Part shown: positions 35,618-48,226 of the stretch, piece after piece
Position numbering within the stretch: the stretch's first letter is position 1
Layout of the letters: each line of letters opens with the position of its first letter
Assembly (NCBI RefSeq): GCF_964213995.1
Contig: NW_027590122.1
Location: 1,178,001-1,242,000 of the forward strand
From: Mustelus asterias
Lineage: Eukaryota
DNA: 64,000 nt
Reading direction: 5' to 3'
The notes under the pieces: model-generated
Told to the model about the DNA's origin: nothing
The model's database searches: none
The model's input: the letters and a program-made list of their open reading frames with translations, nothing else
Translations under genes and position numbers: made by a program

Positions 35618-36375
35618 CAGAGTCATAGAAGTTTACAGCATGGAAACAGGCCGTTCGGCCCAACTTATCCATGCCGCTCTTTTTTTAAACCCCTAAACTA
35701 GTCCCAATTGCCTGCATTTGGCCCATATCCCTCTATACCCATCTTACCTATGTAACTGTCCAAATGCTTTTTAAAATATAAAATTGTACCCGCCTCTACT
35801 ACTACCTCTGGCAGCTTGTTCCAGACATTCACCACCCTCTGTGTGAAAAAAATGCCCCTCTGGATCCTTTTGTATCTCTCCCCTCTCACCTTAAATCTAT
35901 GCCCTCGAGTTTCAGACTCCCCTACCTTTGGGAAAAGATGTTGACTATCTAGCTGATCTGTGCCCCTCATTATTTTATAGACCTTTATAAGATCACCCCT
36001 CAGCCTTCTACGCTCCAGGGAAAAAAGTTTCAGTCTACCCAACCTCTCCTTATAACTCAAACCATCATGTCCCAGTAGCATCCTAGTAAATCTCTTCTGC
36101 ACTCTTTCTAGTTTAATAATATCCTTTCTATAATAGGGTGACCAGAACTGCACACAGTATTTCACGTGTGGCCTTACCAATGTCTTGTGCAACTGCAACA
36201 GGACGTCCCAACTACTGTATTCAATGCTCTGACCAATGAAACCAAGCATGCCGAATGCCTTCTTCACCACTCTGTCCACCTGTAACTCCAGTTTCAAGGA
36301 GCTATGGAACTGTACCCCTTAGATTTCTTTGTTCCTTAACTCTCCCCAAAGCCCTACCCTTAAGTGAGTAAGTAA
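35618..36375 (-). mobile_element. CR1-type LINE 3' part
   Basis: 199-aa ORF2 C-terminus (LVRPHVKYCVQFWSP, RRRLRGDL) and tail. Confidence 0.9.
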
Positions 36376-36536
36376 TGCCCTGGTTCAATCTAACAAAATA
36401 CATCACCTCGCATTTATCTAAATTAAACTCCATTTTTTGATTCATAGTAAACTTTGTAATCAGAATGAGCTGATGTGGAACAAACACATATTTGTCTCCA
36501 CAGATTTTGGGATGTGGAGTGGTAGCTATTCAATGT

Positions 36537-36609
36537 TCCTGGCTAGCTCAGTCGGTAGCGCATGAGACTTTTGATTTCAGGGTCGTGGGTTCGAGTCCCA
36601 CGTTAAGCT
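36537..36609 (+). pseudogene. tRNA-Lys, probably pseudogene (CTT-type body, TTT anticodon)
   Basis: tcctggctagctcagtcggtagcgcatgagactTTTgatttcagggtcgtgggttcgagtcccacgttaagct. A and B boxes are intact but the acceptor stem is mismatched. T-run downstream. Confidence 0.82.
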
Positions 36610-37379
36610 CAGCTGTTTTTGAACTTTGCCCCTTCCGTCAGTGAACTCCAATGTTTCCAGTCCTCTGGAGGTGTCACCGCTCAAACTGAGTCTTTCTGAA
36701 TCCCACTTTTTAAAGCTCAAAGATAATGGTTTATGACTGAAAACTGCCTCTAATTCACTGGAAGGCGAGGAGTTTAGTGCATAATTCAGCGAGAAGTTTT
36801 CTTCTCATTTAGCCTGAGATATGAATCCAGATCCGGGAGATTGCGTCAGTGTAAACATTAATCATCCCCATTGACATTCAATCACTCCAGCCTTACATCC
36901 TATCACGAGGACGTTTGTTCTTTCCTCCTCTCCCTCTCTATTTTCCTTGACTTTGTATTTGTTTGTAAATCATTAAATCACTAAATTCTTCCAGTTTGGA
37001 GAAAAGGTCAGCGACCTGAAACAATCATTCCGTTTCCCTCTCCATAGACGCTGTTTGACCTTTTGAGTATTTCGAACATTTTCTGTTATGAGGTGGGAGT
37101 GTCAGCAACTGCAGTATGTTGTTTTTGGGTCACAGTAGATCAGTTTTCTCTGACTGAACCCTACCTGTTTAAGTAGTTAACGGACTGAAGTTTTAAATAA
37201 TAAGGCACCAGGATACGTCATCCTGTTTGACATGAAATGGAACAAAGTGAGAGCAAATCATTTCATAAAATATTGCTAATGCAATATTTATTTCATTGTA
37301 AAGGCCAGCACTTGTTGGCCATCCCTATTTCCCCTTCAACTGAATATTTTGCTGGGGCATTTCATAGCATATTTAACAG

Positions 37380-38721
37380 CCATAGAGTCATAGAATCACA
37401 GCGCTTTACAACATGGAAACAGGCTCTTCGGCCCAACATGTCCATGCCGCCTTTTATTTAATGATTAAGCGAGTCCCAATTGCCCCCGTTTGGCCCATAC
37501 CCCTCAATAGCCATCTTATCCATGTAACTGACAAAATTGTACCCTCCTCTACTCCTACCTCTGGCAGCTTGTTCCAGACACTCACCATCCTCTGTGTGAA
37601 TAATATGCCCTCTGTAACCCTTTGTATCTCTCCCATCTCACTTTAAAACTATGCCCCCTAGTTTTAGACTCCACTATCTTTGGAAAAATATATTGACTAT
37701 CGAGCTGACCTGTGCCCTTCATTATTTTATAGACCTCGAGAAGATCACCCCTGAGCCTCCTACGCTCCAGAGAAAAAAGTCCAAGTCTATCCAGCCACTC
37801 CTTGTAACTGAAACCATCAAGTCCTGGTAGCATTCTCGCAAATCTTTTCTGCACTGTTTCTAGTTTAATAATGTCCTTTCTATAATAGCGTGACCGGAAC
37901 TGTACTCAGTATTCCAAGTGTGGCCTTACTTGTCTTGTACAACTTCAAGAAGACGTCTCAACTCCTGTTTTCAATGTTCCGACCAATGAAACCAAGCATG
38001 CCGAATACACACTTCACCACTCTGTCGACATGTGACTCAACATTTGAATGAGATTTACCCTTAGATCTCTTTGTTCCAGAGCTCTCCCCAACGCCCTACC
38101 ATTAACTGAGTAAGTCCTGCCCTGGTACGATCTACCAAAATGCATCACCTCACACATTTTCTGAAGTAAACTCCATCTACCATTCCTCGGGCCAGTGGCA
38201 CAATTGATCAACATCCCGCTGCAATCCAAGGTAACCTTCTTTTCTGTCCACTAAGTCACCTATCTAGGTGTCGTCTGCAAGCTTACAAACTATGCCTCCT
38301 AAATTCTCATCCAAATCATTAATATAAATAACAAATAACAGTGAGAATGAACCTTATGCAACAACCTAGCATGTGATATCTTGTCAAAGGCCTTGCTAAA
38401 GTCCATGTAGTCAACATCAACTGCACTTTCCTCATGTGCCTTCCTGGTTACCCCTTCAAAAAACTCCATCAAATTTGTGAGAAATTATTTTCCACTCACA
38501 ATGCCATGCTGAGTCTCCCTAATCAGTCCTTGCCTCTCTAAATGTCTATAGATCCTATCTCTCAGAATGCCTTCTAACAACTAACCCACTACAGATATGA
38601 GGCTCATCGGCCTGTAGTTCCCAGGCTGTTCCTTGCAGCCCATTTTAAACAAATGCACAACATTTGCATTCCTCCAATCGTTTGGCACCTCACATGTGGC
38701 TGTCCATGATTCAAATATCTC
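37380..38721 (-). mobile_element. CR1-type LINE RT/3' part
   Basis: QKRFARMLPGLDG..RRRLRGDL, RT remnants and a (catagagt) tail. Confidence 0.88.
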
Positions 38722-39203
38722 TGATGTGGAGATGCCGGCGTTGGACTGGGATAAGCACAGTAAGAAGTCTCACAACGCCAGGTTAAAGTCCAACAGGTTT
38801 ATTTGGTAGCAAATACCTAAGCTTTCGGAGCACAGCTCCTTCGTCAGATGGAGTGGTTATCTGTTCTCAAACAGTGCAAACAGACACAGAAATCAAATTG
38901 CAGAATACTGATTAGAATGCAAATCTCTACAGCCAGCCAGGTCTTAAATGTACAGACAATGTGGGTGGAGGGAGCATTCAACACAGGTTAAAGAGATGTG
39001 TATTGTCTCCAGACAGAACAGCTCGTGAAATTCTGCAAGCCCAGGAGGCAAGCTGTGGGGGTTACTGATAATGTGACATAAATCCAACATCCCGCTTTAG
39101 GCCGTCCTCATGTGTGCGGAACTTGGCTATCAGTTTCTGCTCAGCGACTCTGCGTTGTCGTGTGTCGTGAAGGCCGCCTTGGAGAACGCTTATTTGGTAG
39201 CAA
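38722..39203 (-). mobile_element. Penelope 3' fragment (pLTR and ORF end)
   Basis: Near-identical to 29694-29830 and 30130-30240. Confidence 0.88.
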
Positions 39204-39237
39204 CGGGCATTCAGCCTTGGATCTTCAGGTAAGAGTT

Positions 39238-39574
39238 GGGCGGCACGGTAGCACAGTGGTTAGCACTGCTGCTTCACAGCTCCAGGGTCCCAGGTTCGAT
39301 TCCCGGCTCGGGTCACTGTCTGTGTGGAGTTTGCACATTCTCCTCGTGTCTGCGTGGGTTTCCTCCGGGTGCTCCGGTTTCCTCTCACAGTCCAAAGATG
39401 TGCGGGTTAGGTTGATTGGCCAGGTTAAAAATTGCCCCTTAGAGTCCTGAGATGCGTAGGTTAGAGGGATTAGCAGGTAAATATGTGGGGGTAGGGCCTG
39501 GGTGGGATTGTGGTCGGTGCAGACTCGATGGGCCGAATGGCCTCCTTCTGCACTGTAGGGTTTCTATGATTTCT
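39238..39574 (+). mobile_element. HE1-type SINE, full length, young
   Basis: A/B boxes, V-SINE core and tail gtttctatgatttct. Confidence 0.92.
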
Positions 39575-39579
39575 GTCGT

Positions 39580-42315
39580 ATTTTAGGTGGTTGGGGGGAG
39601 GTAGTTGTTGAGGTGGAGTGTATTGGGGGAAGGGGAGGTTCGGTTGGGGTTTATGTATTTCTGTGCGTTTGGGATGGATCTGAAGGTAATACGTGCGCTG
39701 GAGAGATTTTTGTGGGTTTCCTGGCTGGGGAGGTTTTGTGTCTTTTGCTGAGTCAGACTCTGTGTTTTTTTCCGTGGAGCGGGGGGTGGGGCGGTGGGGG
39801 CGGGGGGTGAGGGGGGAGGTTGGTAGTTGCAGGTGGTTACTGAGGGGAGCCAGGAGGCGGGGAGAAACATTCCTGGGCTTTCATGATCGGGAAATTGGGG
39901 GGTATGTTGTGGTTTGAAGGGTGGTTTGTTTTCTTCCCACGTCTTGACACTTTCGCTTCCCCTTTGTGTCTGCAAGAGTGGGCGGGGTGAGCGGGCTCCC
40001 GGACCTGTTGCGATGGAGTTACCTTTTATTTGTGAGTGTTTTATGTTGTGGTGGGCAGGATGGTGTTGTGTGGATTCGGGTAGTTTCTGCCGGATTGGTG
40101 TGAAGGCATAGTTTGGCAGAGCGAAGGAGTCTAGGGACATCCTCGTTTATTTGGATGGTTTTTGAGTTTGGCATGAGGCAAGAACTTCCGGCAGTACAAA
40201 AATGACTTCTTTGACCAGTTAGTTACTTCTTGATTAGTATCCAATAGGCTTACATTAACGATGCAATTAAGTTACTGTGAAAGGGTACACTGAGGGATAA
40301 TTTATCACGGACAATCCACATAAAATACATATCTTTGGAATGTGGGAGGAAACCGGAGCACCTGGAGGAAACCCACGCAAACACGGGGAGAGCGTGCGAA
40401 CTCCGCACAGTGTTCCAAGTCAAGAGTTTAGCCCGGTCTTTGACGCTGTGAGGCAGCAGTGCCTACCGCTGTGTCACTGTCCCGGCCCATAAATTAATGA
40501 TTTCACATGTATTTTATTATTTTAAAGTGATCCAGTGGGTTCGTTTTTGCCCTTGTTCGGCGAGTTTCTTTTGTCAGTGATAGCGTGTTACACTGTGTCC
40601 AGAGTTGTTTCCATTGTTCAAGGTGATTCAGGGAATATAGACATCCGCCTATTTAAGGGAGTGCCCTTTTCTTAGTTGGACGAGTCATCCTGTGTCCAGC
40701 TTTCTCCTATTGTTTCCGGTGATCGAATACTTAATTATTTGCATTTTCCCGAGACCTGCCCGTGGATTGTACAGAGTCGCGATGTGGCCAGTGTGTCCTC
40801 CATTTTATACCTTGCTTGAAAAAATGCAGATTTATATTTTGGTTTAGTGGTTTACACTTCTCCAAGTGGATTATTTCGACCCTTCTAACAGGTCCCGATG
40901 TGTTTTGGATTACCTCCATTGACTAAGGTGAACCTATATCAATCCACGGACCGTGTCCAGGACACCGTCCACGAGTCTTTATTTTTGTGTGGATGGAGAA
41001 GATTCACTCACCCTAGGGCTGCAGGGATCGAGACCAGATTAAGCTGAGGTTCATTTAGCTCCCATTCGTCTCACTTCCAAGGCTGGCTGTGAATAGCGTC
41101 TGGCCATTCTTACCTTTCCTCTCCAGTCCCAACTGGGGTTTAATCTTGCTTATTTAGTTTTCATCCCGACCGGTTTCGCTGCTTCCTTACATTTCATCAA
41201 GAGCAGGGAGAGTTGTTCTCACTGTCCTGTCTGCTTTTCGTCGCCGTTTTCGGATAGTGTTTCGTCCAGCAGTTTTGGGGTGAGTGAGTATTCTGTGTTC
41301 AGCTCGTGTTCCTTGCTACCTCTGCGGGTAAAGGAAGTTTCCCCTCTCGACCTGTCCTATATATGGGCTTAAATATCGCCCCTTCTTGTCCTCGAGTGAC
41401 AGGAAGCTGTTGCAACTCATTGGTTCTCTGTGGGTTTGGAATTCGCCCCCTTCCATTCATTGACTGCAAGGGAAACGGTGTGCTGTGTTCTCAGTTTTGT
41501 GTTCCCTCAATCTATGGTTCTGGGGTTCGGGCGGGTTGAGGATTTTTTTTTCTTGAGTGGGCAGGTGTTTGGTTTCGAATCTCTGTTGCCCCCTTATGTA
41601 CTGTGTGGTACCCCTTTTAATCTTTTGGTTCCTGGGTCAGTCCTTGGGGGCCATTGCTGGTGTTTGTGGAGGAGGGATTCTCCTTTTTTCCCCTGTGATA
41701 TTTTATGCCGGTGGTGGGCTTTTGGTCTCTTTTTGGAGGTTTTGACAGTTTCTGGCGGTGGATAAGTCTTCAGGTGTGGTTGCCTATCGTCCTTGTATAG
41801 GTTCTGTTCAGGGGGTAAGGGGGAGAAGCTTCTTCCTGTTTTTTCTTATTGATTCGTGAGGGGGGAAGTGGGAGAGTCGAGGTGGACAAGGCAGAGGGTT
41901 GTTGGGGCGTTTTTGGTAATGGTGTAGGGCTTGGGTAGAAGGGTTTTATTTATGGGGCAGGGTTGTTTGACGGTTTTGGGTACGTGTAGTGTTATGGGGG
42001 GCGGTGGAGGGGGGCGGGTTGGGAGCTTGGGGAAGTGCTTCGCATCATCTGGGTGGTGTTGGGTTCTGGGGGATGCAATGAATCTTTTTGTCTGTTGGTT
42101 CGGGAGAGGTTAGTCTCTGTCCACGAGGTTGTTTGCTTCTTAAATGGTGGGGTTTTTTTTGTTTTGTTCTGGATTCTTTCCATTCCCATTTTTCAATGTC
42201 CGTAATCTTATTTTTTCATTGGCTTTATGTCACCGAGGGTTAGGGTTAATGTGAGGGTTAGTTAGTTTGCTAGGGTTGGGTTTAGTTTTAGTGATAAGGT
42301 TGGGGTTAGGGTTAA
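39580..42315. other. unclassified G/T-skewed block ending in degenerate (TTAGGG)n
   Basis: Strong strand skew, and gagggttagggttaa..ggggttagggtta at 42235-42315. No recognisable protein motif. Confidence 0.35.
40235..40488 (-). mobile_element. HE1-type SINE
   Basis: tgtgggaggaaaccggagcacctggaggaaacccacgca..gctgtgaggcagcagtgc. Confidence 0.8.
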
Positions 42316-42548
42316 AATGTGCAAACTCCACACAGACAAAACCCAAGGCCGGAATTGGACCCGGCGCTATGAGGCAACAATGCTAGCCACTGTGCCACCT
42401 TGCCGTTGTTGAAATAATCTGTTTGTTCTCTTAAATTTAATTAATGAGAAAGATCAGGAAATCTAATTGTATCCCGAGAGCCTGACATGTGGTATAAATA
42501 TGACAATTTTCAATGTAGTGCAGACTGCGTTTTGCGCTTCTAGAAGAA

Positions 42549-42618
42549 ATGCATGGAATACCAAAAGGTCTGCTGTTTGCCATTTATTATCCAGTCATAG
42601 CAGCTATCGGAGTTTCAG
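42549..42618 (+). CDS. class A orphan GPCR (GPR139-like family), coding exon 1
   Basis: MHGIPKGLLFAIYYPVIAAIGVS with a phase-1 donor G|GTAAAA. Supplies the first part of TM1. Confidence 0.82.
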
Positions 42619-43201
42619 GTAAAATATCTCAGTTATTTCGTAGCTGCCAAAAAAATATTGATTGGTTGCATCAATTCCCCCAATTTATCACCACCTTATC
42701 TCTACAGCACCAAGTTCCTCCTCTGATTGAAAGGGATATATGTTTCCCCGTCAAAGTTCTATTTTCTGCCCTTTAACTTATTCATCGAAAGTGTCCTGTT
42801 TCTGCTTCTGCAGACAATTCCTTATTTGGCATTATAATTTATTCTATCCCCTGACATAATTTTTCGATGTTCATTCCATAAATTCTACAAATGTAACGGT
42901 ATAATTTTACGTTTTTCTCACCGCAGTTTCTTCACACTAAATACATGGTTTCACCGTGTTAACCTTATACAACCGTGCTGTGACAGGTACCATTTCATCA
43001 GTTGGTAATATAACTTGTCTCATTCACCAGTAACATCTGTCAGTGGAAGTTTGATTGTATTATTCATTCTGATAGATTTACCGTTCTGTTATAATGGTTA
43101 AAACAATTCAGTTTTGTTATTTGTAAAGTTGTGTGTTATTATGATAGTTGTGTTGGCGTTGACAATATTCCTCTGGGCGAATTTTCAAACTGAGCAGCAG
43201 A

Positions 43202-43555
43202 GGGGCACTGTGGTTGGCACTGCTGCCTCACAGCACAAGGAACAGGGGCTCAATTCCAGATCTGGGTTGTTGCCTGAGTGGAGTTCGCACATTCTTCTTG
43301 TGTGTGCGTGGGTTTCCTCCAGGTGCTCGAGTTACATCCCAGAAACCAAATCTGTGCAAGTTATGTAGATTTGCTTGTATAGAAGCACCTTAATACCCAA
43401 GGATGTGTAGGTTAGTTGGATTAGCAATGGTAAATGCGCGGGATTACAGGGACAGGACGGAGAGAAGGCTTGGGTGGGATGTTCTGACCGAAGTAAGAAA
43501 AGACTCCATTGGTTGGATGGCCTCCTACTTAACTGTCGGGATTCTAATTCATGGT
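43202..43555 (+). mobile_element. HE1-type SINE (diverged) in the GPCR intron
   Basis: gtggttggcactgctgcctcacagc..gtgcgtgggtttcctccaggtgctc. Confidence 0.75.
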
Positions 43556-44611
43556 TTTATGCGATCACAGTACAAATTGAGTCCTTGTGTGTTATTTGAA
43601 CAGTTGGTGATGCTGAATTATTAAACTGCTGTCACATTATTAACGTGAATCTATTCTGCTGCTGAAGTTGAAATTAGTGAAACAATCCCATAGATGATGT
43701 ATTATTTGAAAACACTGAATCTTCGAAGAACACCAGAATTAATGTACTAAATGCATCCAAGAGATTAATTAGGCAGGGATATGTAGAGAACTTATACAAT
43801 GCGAACAGTTATCCTTTGATGAATGTTTGTTATTTATCCCCAACTCACAACAGCCTGTGCCTGCTTCCAGTGCCAAACACTCATTGGCTCAGCACGGGAT
43901 TCCTATTTCACATTTACTGCAGCTTCTGCTGTCTTAGAACCCAGCATTGTTTCAAATTGTTCTGTTTTCCGTAATGAGTCAACCAACATAACTGGTCAAA
44001 TCTCTCGTATTTAGATATTGTTTTATATATCACCGGATATTTCAGATGATTATCAGGGATACAATTCAGTCTTGGTGCTGCTTCCCAAATCTCCTCCACA
44101 AATTCAGACAACTGCTAATAATTGTCGGTTTATTTGCCTTTGTTTGAAGATTTATTCGAGAAAATTCACTGCAAATTTTTCCAAAAGTCAATAATTTTGC
44201 TGTCATTTATGGAGCCATATTTAATACCCATTGACCTATAATCCGTGACCTTATTAACTTCCACACTTAATGTTGGCTATTTTCCAATTTACCTTCTCCA
44301 ATATTTTTTAATTACTTGTTTTCATGTCATTGTATTGTGCATTTAATGCTTCAGTGCTGGTTTTGATGTGCTTTCCTTTTCGCATTATTCCTCTGTCAGG
44401 TCTCATTAAAGATACAGTCATTTTCGCTAACATTCCTTATTATTAATAAAAATATTATTATTAAGCAGAAACAATTGTCCCTGAGATCAGGTATCAATTT
44501 TGCACATATCACGCAGAATGCAATATCATGAATTGTTTAGTTGTGATGAACTTTCCACTGCTCATGCTTTCTCATGCACATATTCTCACAATCTCTTTCC
44601 CTCCATTGCAG

Positions 44612-45525
44612 CGAACACAGCAGTGATTACGATCCTCGCTAGAAGAAGTTGTGGCCTCTCCAGATGTATCACGTATTACCTGCTGTCAATAGCGGTGGCG
44701 GATCTCCTGCTCATAACATCTGCTGTAATATTGAACCGGATTGCTGGAATATTTTTTCCATCCAGTTTCTTGTCTGTCACACCAGTTTGCAGTTTCCGTA
44801 CAGCCCTAAATTCTGCCGCCATGGACTGCTCTGTCTGGTTAACCGTCACTTTCACGTTTGATAGATTTGTGGCTATTTGTTGCCAGAAGCTCAAAGTTAA
44901 ATATTGTAATGAAACTGTGGCGATGTGGGTCATTGGAATCGTGTCCACACTGACCTGTGTAAAAAATGTCTCTGTGTACTTCATTTATGAGCCCATGTAC
45001 ATAATTAGCAATGTACCCTGGCTCTGCAAGGTAAAGTTAATATTTTATACATCCCCTTTCTGGGCTGCTCATGACTTGATGCGTTGCATTGTAACCCCTA
45101 TCCTTCCCTTCATTTTGATTTTGCTGCTGAATGCTCTTACGGTAAGACACATTCTAGTGGGCAATAGAGCCCGCAGGAGACTCCGGGCCCACTGCAATGG
45201 AAAGAATCAGAGTGACCCAGAGGTGGACAAGCGGAAAAAGTCAATTGTTTTACTCTTCACCATTTCAGGAAATTTCATCCTGTTATACTTGTTATTTTTT
45301 ATAACTATCATCTATGTCCGAATTGTGAAAGTTACTTATTTCTCAGGTTCTGGTTTCAGTGATGCATTTAATCTTGAGGAAACTGGATATATGCTTCTGT
45401 TTTTGTGTTCCTGCATTAACCCATTGATTTATGCTGGGACCCAGAGTAAAATCAGAGCCGAGTTAAAGAATTTGGTGACATATCCACTGAAACAATTTGT
45501 TATTTTTTTAAAATTTTGCGCATAG
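44612..45525 (+). CDS. class A orphan GPCR (GPR139-like family), coding exon 2; spliced product 327 aa
   Basis: Polypyrimidine tract plus cag acceptor, in frame with exon 1 (IGVS-A-N). Motifs IAVADLL (TM2), TFTFDRFVAIC (TM3), LPFILILLLN (TM5), RKKSIVLL (TM6), SCINPLIY (TM7). No stops. Confidence 0.92.
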
Positions 45526-45624
45526 GGTGGACTAATGTTAATGTCATTTATTCTCAGTCGGTGAAATGTTCCTTTCCGTCCGTTCATTGCTCCGTCTGTG
45601 CTTCTCTCTTTCCCCAACCATTCA

Positions 45625-45794
45625 NNNNNNNNNNNNNNNNNNNNNNNNNNNNNNNNNNNNNNNNNNNNNNNNNNNNNNNNNNNNNNNNNNNNNNNNNNNN
45701 NNNNNNNNNNNNNNNNNNNNNNNNNNNNNNNNNNNNNNNNNNNNNNNNNNNNNNNNNNNNNNNNNNNNNNNNNNNNNNNNNNNNNNNNNNNNNN
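45625..45794. other. assembly gap (170 N)
   Basis: Run of N. Confidence 1.
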
Positions 45795-46229
45795 CATCTC
45801 TCTCTTTCTCGCTCGACCTCGCTATCTATCTATTTGTCTGTCACAGTTCAACATTATCGAGTGAGAGTGTACAAATTTTTCAGAGGAGAGATAGCCTTTA
45901 AAAGCAATGCAGTGTTTTTGGGTCGTGGTGTGGCGTGCTTCTGGTGAATTAAGACTTCCTGTTCTGTGCCTGCGAGGGAAGTATCACTTTGGCAAGAGTG
46001 TACTGCAGTGATGGATGTTTTACAACCTTAATCCAATTTAGGAGTAGGTTCTGGTAGATTTGTGCTCTGATGATCCATTGGAGGGTTCAGGCTGGGAGTA
46101 GGACATTCAAGTGCCCTATGTGCCTGAAGGAATTCACCAAGTTCTCATCTTTCTCAGGAGCCATGGTGTTCACACAGACGAGAGGATAGCTGCCATTCGT
46201 TTGTCCCCAGTTTCATGTGACAAAAATAC

Positions 46230-46670
46230 CTTTCACATCGGTGTTCAGTCCTTCATAGGCACCATGTGCCCAAGTATGCCCTGCATACAATAAAGAGGAC
46301 AAATCCAAACCGGTCAATTATGGGCCCATTTGACTACCCTCAAGCATCATTGCAGTGATGGAAGGTCCCTTCAACAGCGCTATCAAAGTGTAATTGGTCA
46401 GCAATAACGAGCTCAGTGACTGCCAGTTTGCATTCAGTCATGTTCACTCATCTCGTTATAGCCTTGGTTCAAAGATGGAGAATAAAGCTGAAATTCAGAG
46501 TTGAGGTGGAAGTGTCTTCATAACCGACAGCATTTGATCGAGTGTGGAATCAAGTAGCACTCTGAAAATTGGAGTCAATCGGAATCAGGGGAAAACTCTC
46601 CCCTCGTTTGGGCCACACTTTGCACAAACTAAAATGATTGTCGTGTTTGAAGGTCAATCTTCTCAATTCA
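46230..46670 (+). mobile_element. old CR1/L2-clade LINE RT fragment
   Basis: Decayed DKSKPVNY.PI...SII.VMEG and AFDRVW remnants. Confidence 0.55.
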
Positions 46671-48226
46671 AGTAGACCACAGTATCAGTGTATCGTTACG
46701 AGAGAAGGAGAGTATTGGGCCCATCGTGTTTGCACCGGCTCCCCAAATCACTTCATAACTTATTGCCATTCTCCTGCCTTTTCCCCGCATCACTGCACAC
46801 TGTTTCAAATAATCATGCAATGGCATCTTGAATGCTTCGATCAAAACTGCCTTCTCCACACTTTTAGACTCTGTATTCCAGAACAAAAACATTAATGTGT
46901 GTGAAAAATAACTCACCTCTGATTTCCTTATTTTGCAAATCATTTTAGTCCGTGCCCTCTTGTTCTTGATAGTTCTACACATGGGACCAGCATCTCCTTA
47001 TCTACTCTTCCCAGGCCCCTCATGATTTTGTACATCTCCGTCAACTACTAAAGTATTAATTTTTTAAAAACTTATAAAAGTCCTAAGGACGTTTGGAATT
47101 GAACCAGAGTCCCTGGCGCAGTGAGGCAGCAGTACTAACCACTGTGCTGTTAACCCTTGCTGGTAAAGTTGACTGGAAGATAGAGCATTCATTTTGACTC
47201 TGGAGATGCACAGATATTAAGTGAAAAATAGTTGAAGATTTTTTTAAACTGAGTCAGAAATTCAAATATTTAAAAACCCAGGGAGTGAATTCAGCTTGTT
47301 CCTCACAAAATGATTTTTTGTTTAAAAATTTCTACTATTTTCCTAACTGAAGGTATACACAAGATAATTATGCAGTCTAAATTCTCCCTGGGCTAGATTT
47401 GTTGCCCACTAGTATTTGAACAGAGAGGCAAGTTATGCTGTATATTGCTGCATGTGCAAGCATAAGATGAATAGAATTTTGATAGCAGGAATTAAAAAGC
47501 ATAATGGGTCAGATGGCATAAGAGAAAACATTTTTAAACCACCCTTTAAACACATGAAGCAAAAACATGTTATTTTGTGCAAGTTGTCTTCATCCATTTT
47601 AGAATCATAGAATCCCTACAGTGCAGAAGGAGGCCATTTCGCCCATCGAGCCTGCACTGACAACGATCCCAACCAGGCCCTATCCCTGTAACGCCATATA
47701 TTTATCCTACTAATCCCACTGACACTAATGGACATTTTATTATGGCCTATCCACCTAACATTTTAGTGCATCGTTGGGCTATGGAGTTCAGAATTCTTGC
47801 TAATTATTATAACATTGTAATAACTAAATTAAGTGCCAAAGCTCTAATATTGATAAGCAATTGCAAATATTCTAAAGCAAACCTGGGTGTAGTAGCTTTA
47901 GATGTTAATTTTAGAGAATTGTGGCCTACTTTAATTTTTTGTAATCCATGATAAAAAGATAATGGCCCTTATTTCGTTAAATTCAGGAAGAATTTCTCAC
48001 TTATAAAACAAGAGTCTCACAAAAATTATTTTTAAAAGTGACATACTCAGCTTCACTTCTGGATATGGTCTTTCCTGAGGCCAGAACCTCAGCCACTTGG
48101 GCAACCACAGGGTCTTGGTTCAAACTGGCAACTGCAACAACCTTATCCTTTCTTTAAAAAAAAGTACACAGAATATTACAGTTAGAAAACACAATTTCCA
48201 ATTTCAGCTTAACAATTTAGAACCAC

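Noticed and set aside
44500-44611. N-terminal 37 aa of the 341-aa ORF
   Set aside because: Starts at a non-ATG codon and lies in intron sequence before a clear acceptor. The real start is in exon 1 at 42549.
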